Below are positions 61,975 through 64,000 of a stretch of 64,000 nt of DNA, in pieces. Source of the stretch: an uncultured delta proteobacterium (lineage in GTDB: Bacteria > Myxococcota_A > Polyangia > Fen-1088); contig CAWCMR010000011.1 in NCBI GenBank assembly GCA_963796685.1, positions 96,001 to 160,000 of the forward strand, in the 5' to 3' direction. The notes beneath the pieces are model-generated. The model saw only the letters and a program-made list of their open reading frames with translations, was not told the origin of the DNA and did not search any database. Within the stretch, counting starts at the first letter, position 1; each line of letters begins with the position of its first letter. A program made the translations under genes and the position numbers.

Positions 61975-63474
61975 TCATGGCTTCAGCACCTCGTATCTCG
62001 TGGATGAGCTCGCGCCCACCTTGCGCAACAATCCAAGCTCGGCCAGCTGCTTGAGGTGGCGCTGTGCCTTGCGGGCATCGAATCCCAAGTGCTCGGCATA
62101 CTCCATCCGCGTGACAGAAGTCTTCGTGGCCAGAAACGCCCAGCCTTGCTTCTCGTCGACGTTCAGGGCCCTCAGCACGTCGGCGTTCAAGGCACCAACC
62201 GCCGCCTGGGCGTGTCGGTAGATGGTCAGGTTCAGGTAAAGTCCATCGAACGCATACTTCGGCACGGGCAACCCATACCTGTCAGCAGCCTCGCCGAAAG
62301 TCCGCATGCCAAAGCCTCGCCCCTCCACCAGTCTTGTTCCGCCAAACGCGAACTGCAACTTGGGATTCCGGTTGTACATCGGCGCGGTGAATGCCTGCAT
62401 CTGCGCCACCGTGATGGGAGAAAGTGGCGCGCCTGGACTGCGCACCGTAACCGAATCCGACGTCACCACCAGATGGCAAGTAGCCCCTACCAGGTCGTAA
62501 TCACGATGCACGAGAGCATTGATGACCGCCTCTCGCACCAGCTCGAAGGGCAACGAGGGACGCTCCCGGCGGGTCATCCTGCTCCGGTCAATCACGGTCG
62601 GCAGCTTCGGACGTAGCCACGCCTCCATGCGGTCGGGAATCAGGATAGTCGGCCCATCGAAGTCCCGAATCTCGTGCGTGCCGTCGGGAAACTCTATCGT
62701 GGCATTCAGACCGGCGTGGTGCAAAACCTCGCGCGGGGCCTTTCCAAAAAGCAGCAATCCAAACCCAGTCGGTACCAGCTTCGAGCCGCGATGGCGAAGT
62801 AGTCCCTGGCGCTCAAGCCGTTGCAGAAACGTGGCCGACGTCGCCTTGTCCGGAATTTTCGTGCGTTCGCGATAGCGAGCCAAAGCGGCTGACGCCAAGT
62901 CGTCTAGCACCGCGCCAGCCAGCGCTTCATCCCAAGGTGAGAGCGGCGCGTGCTTGACGGCCTTCCCATCCTTGGCCTCGGCCGCGCGTTGCAATGCCTG
63001 GGCGATGAACTCCTTGTTCGCCTGACCTATTTGCTCCTGCAAATCAAGATCGAACAGGTAGACCTTGATGCCGTTCTCCTCCAGATACCGAATACCCTGT
63101 CGGTCCACGGCGGGGTCGGGGTCTTCGATGCCCACCCAAACCTCGGCAATCCTGGCGTCTACGATGCGTTCGGCACAGGCCAGTTTGGGATGTTTTCGCG
63201 CTCCTGGCGCGCAAGGTTCCAAGGTAGCGAACAACACCGAGCCATCGAGGCGCTCGTCACGATGCTTGCGCTCGAGCAGCGTGTATTCCGCATGGTCGCC
63301 GTGGCGAAGCTCGCCACGAAACGCGGTGTCGAGCGTTCCGTCCGGTTTCACCAGGACGGCACCCACCAACGGGCTCGCCTTCTTGTCGGCGCGCGGCTCG
63401 TTGACGGACAGCTTCATCACGTCGATGGCTTTCTCCATCATCTTGCGCGGGTCGAATTTGGACTTGGTGGGCAT
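61975..63474 (-). CDS. Zn deaminase (RibD/dCMP-type) - HATPase_c_4 (RecG_C-like) - wHTH fusion
   Basis: PLVGAVLV, HAE, TLEPC...C and DPDP; then REAVINALVHRDY, SPG, RNPKL and EGRGFGM; C-terminal wHTH AQRHLKQLAELGLLRKVG...TRY. Confidence 0.88.
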   Translation of the reverse strand: MPTKSKFDPRKMMEKAIDVMKLSVNEPRADKKASPLVGAVLVKPDGTLDTAFRGELRHGDHAEYTLLERKHRDERLDGSVLFATLEPCAPGARKHPKLACAERIVDARIAEVWVGIEDPDPAVDRQGIRYLEENGIKVYLFDLDLQEQIGQANKEFIAQALQRAAEAKDGKAVKHAPLSPWDEALAGAVLDDLASAALARYRERTKIPDKATSATFLQRLERQGLLRHRGSKLVPTGFGLLLFGKAPREVLHHAGLNATIEFPDGTHEIRDFDGPTILIPDRMEAWLRPKLPTVIDRSRMTRRERPSLPFELVREAVINALVHRDYDLVGATCHLVVTSDSVTVRSPGAPLSPITVAQMQAFTAPMYNRNPKLQFAFGGTRLVEGRGFGMRTFGEAADRYGLPVPKYAFDGLYLNLTIYRHAQAAVGALNADVLRALNVDEKQGWAFLATKTSVTRMEYAEHLGFDARKAQRHLKQLAELGLLRKVGASSSTRYEVLKP

Positions 63475-63921
63475 AGGTTACGACTTTTGCAGCCGCAGGC
63501 TCACCCGGTGCAAGGTGGTACCAGTGCGCGGACGCATCCACCCGTTGCCGATGATGTCGGGGATGACGTCGGTGAGCTCGGGGACTGTCTGAGCAGCAAC
63601 CTCCCCTGAAAGTTCCGCGTGGTGATTTCGACGAGGGCGTGCTCCGGAACGAATCGCGGTGGTCTGGACATACGTTGCTATCGGCCTGGAGGCGGGAAAG
63701 TTGCGCGTGCTTCCCCAGAAATCTCTGGCACCTTCTCCGGTGCCTCGAGCGGTGGGGGGCCAGCGTTCTTTTGGAAGGCGCACCCGGTGGAAGGCCAAGA
63801 ATCAGACTCCGGGGTCCTGACCGATGGTCGTTCAGCGCAGGCCGTGGCGTCCGGGGCCGGGCGTGTTTCCCATCCGCGACCATGGTCCGTGCGAGGAAGG
63901 GGGAGGGTTGTTTCTTTCTAC

Positions 63922-63977
63922 CTGACACCCCAAGCGTCGCCCGATAACAATGCGTGTCACTTGCCCGCCATGGAGGC
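63922..63977 (+). promoter_or_regulatory. Repeated promoter/leader motif, copy 3, followed by RBS and ATG at the window edge
   Basis: CTGACA-17 nt-TAACAATGCGTGTCACTTGCCCGCCATGGAGGCG, then GGAGGT and ATG at 63994. Confidence 0.55.
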
Positions 63978-64000
63978 GGGACTGGAGGTACCCATGCGAA

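Noticed and set aside
61975-63474. ribD or recG annotation
   Set aside because: No reductase domain, no helicase motifs, no riboflavin operon context.
63478-63798. Partner gene upstream of the deaminase fusion
   Set aside because: Its stop lies 3 nt before the deaminase start, suggesting a former operon partner, but there is no credible start or recognisable domain; probably a remnant.
55000-64000. Integron cassette array
   Set aside because: A GTTAGGC (minus strand, 60338-60344) and TAAC-containing repeats are suggestive, but I found no complementary attC right halves and no intI, and gene orientations are mixed. IntegronFinder would settle it.

Overview
High-GC bacterial window whose gene content suggests Myxococcota/Polyangia (inference from Gly/Ser-rich lipoproteins, a vWA/CglB-like protein, FHA, PP2C and Ser/Thr kinase genes). 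(1) 1-5.8 kb: a GH74 xyloglucanase, then about 11 tandem 172-180 bp REP/BIME-like units. An IS110-family element interrupts the array; its CT core, IS621-like donor, junction promoter and candidate bridge-RNA guides matching the repeat can be read from the sequence. (2) 5.8-47 kb: mostly core genes (VKOR-DsbA, PAS-GGDEF, lipase-glpK-PP2C-ArsA-thpR operon, KAS II/ACP/type III PKS cluster, mepA, ribF, dnaK, lgt, manA, ffh, rsmE, prmA, rpsU, nadK, recN, TonB receptor) with two intact TA modules. (3) 47-64 kb: an accessory region that ends in a mosaic of decayed and chimeric TA modules. It holds two intact unusual fusions, Ser/Thr kinase-nucleotidyltransferase and Zn deaminase-HATPase_c_4-wHTH (candidate defence effector), and a promoter/leader motif present three times. 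Several single-base frameshifts, including one in recN, look like sequencing errors. All family calls come from motif recognition by eye; no database searches were run.
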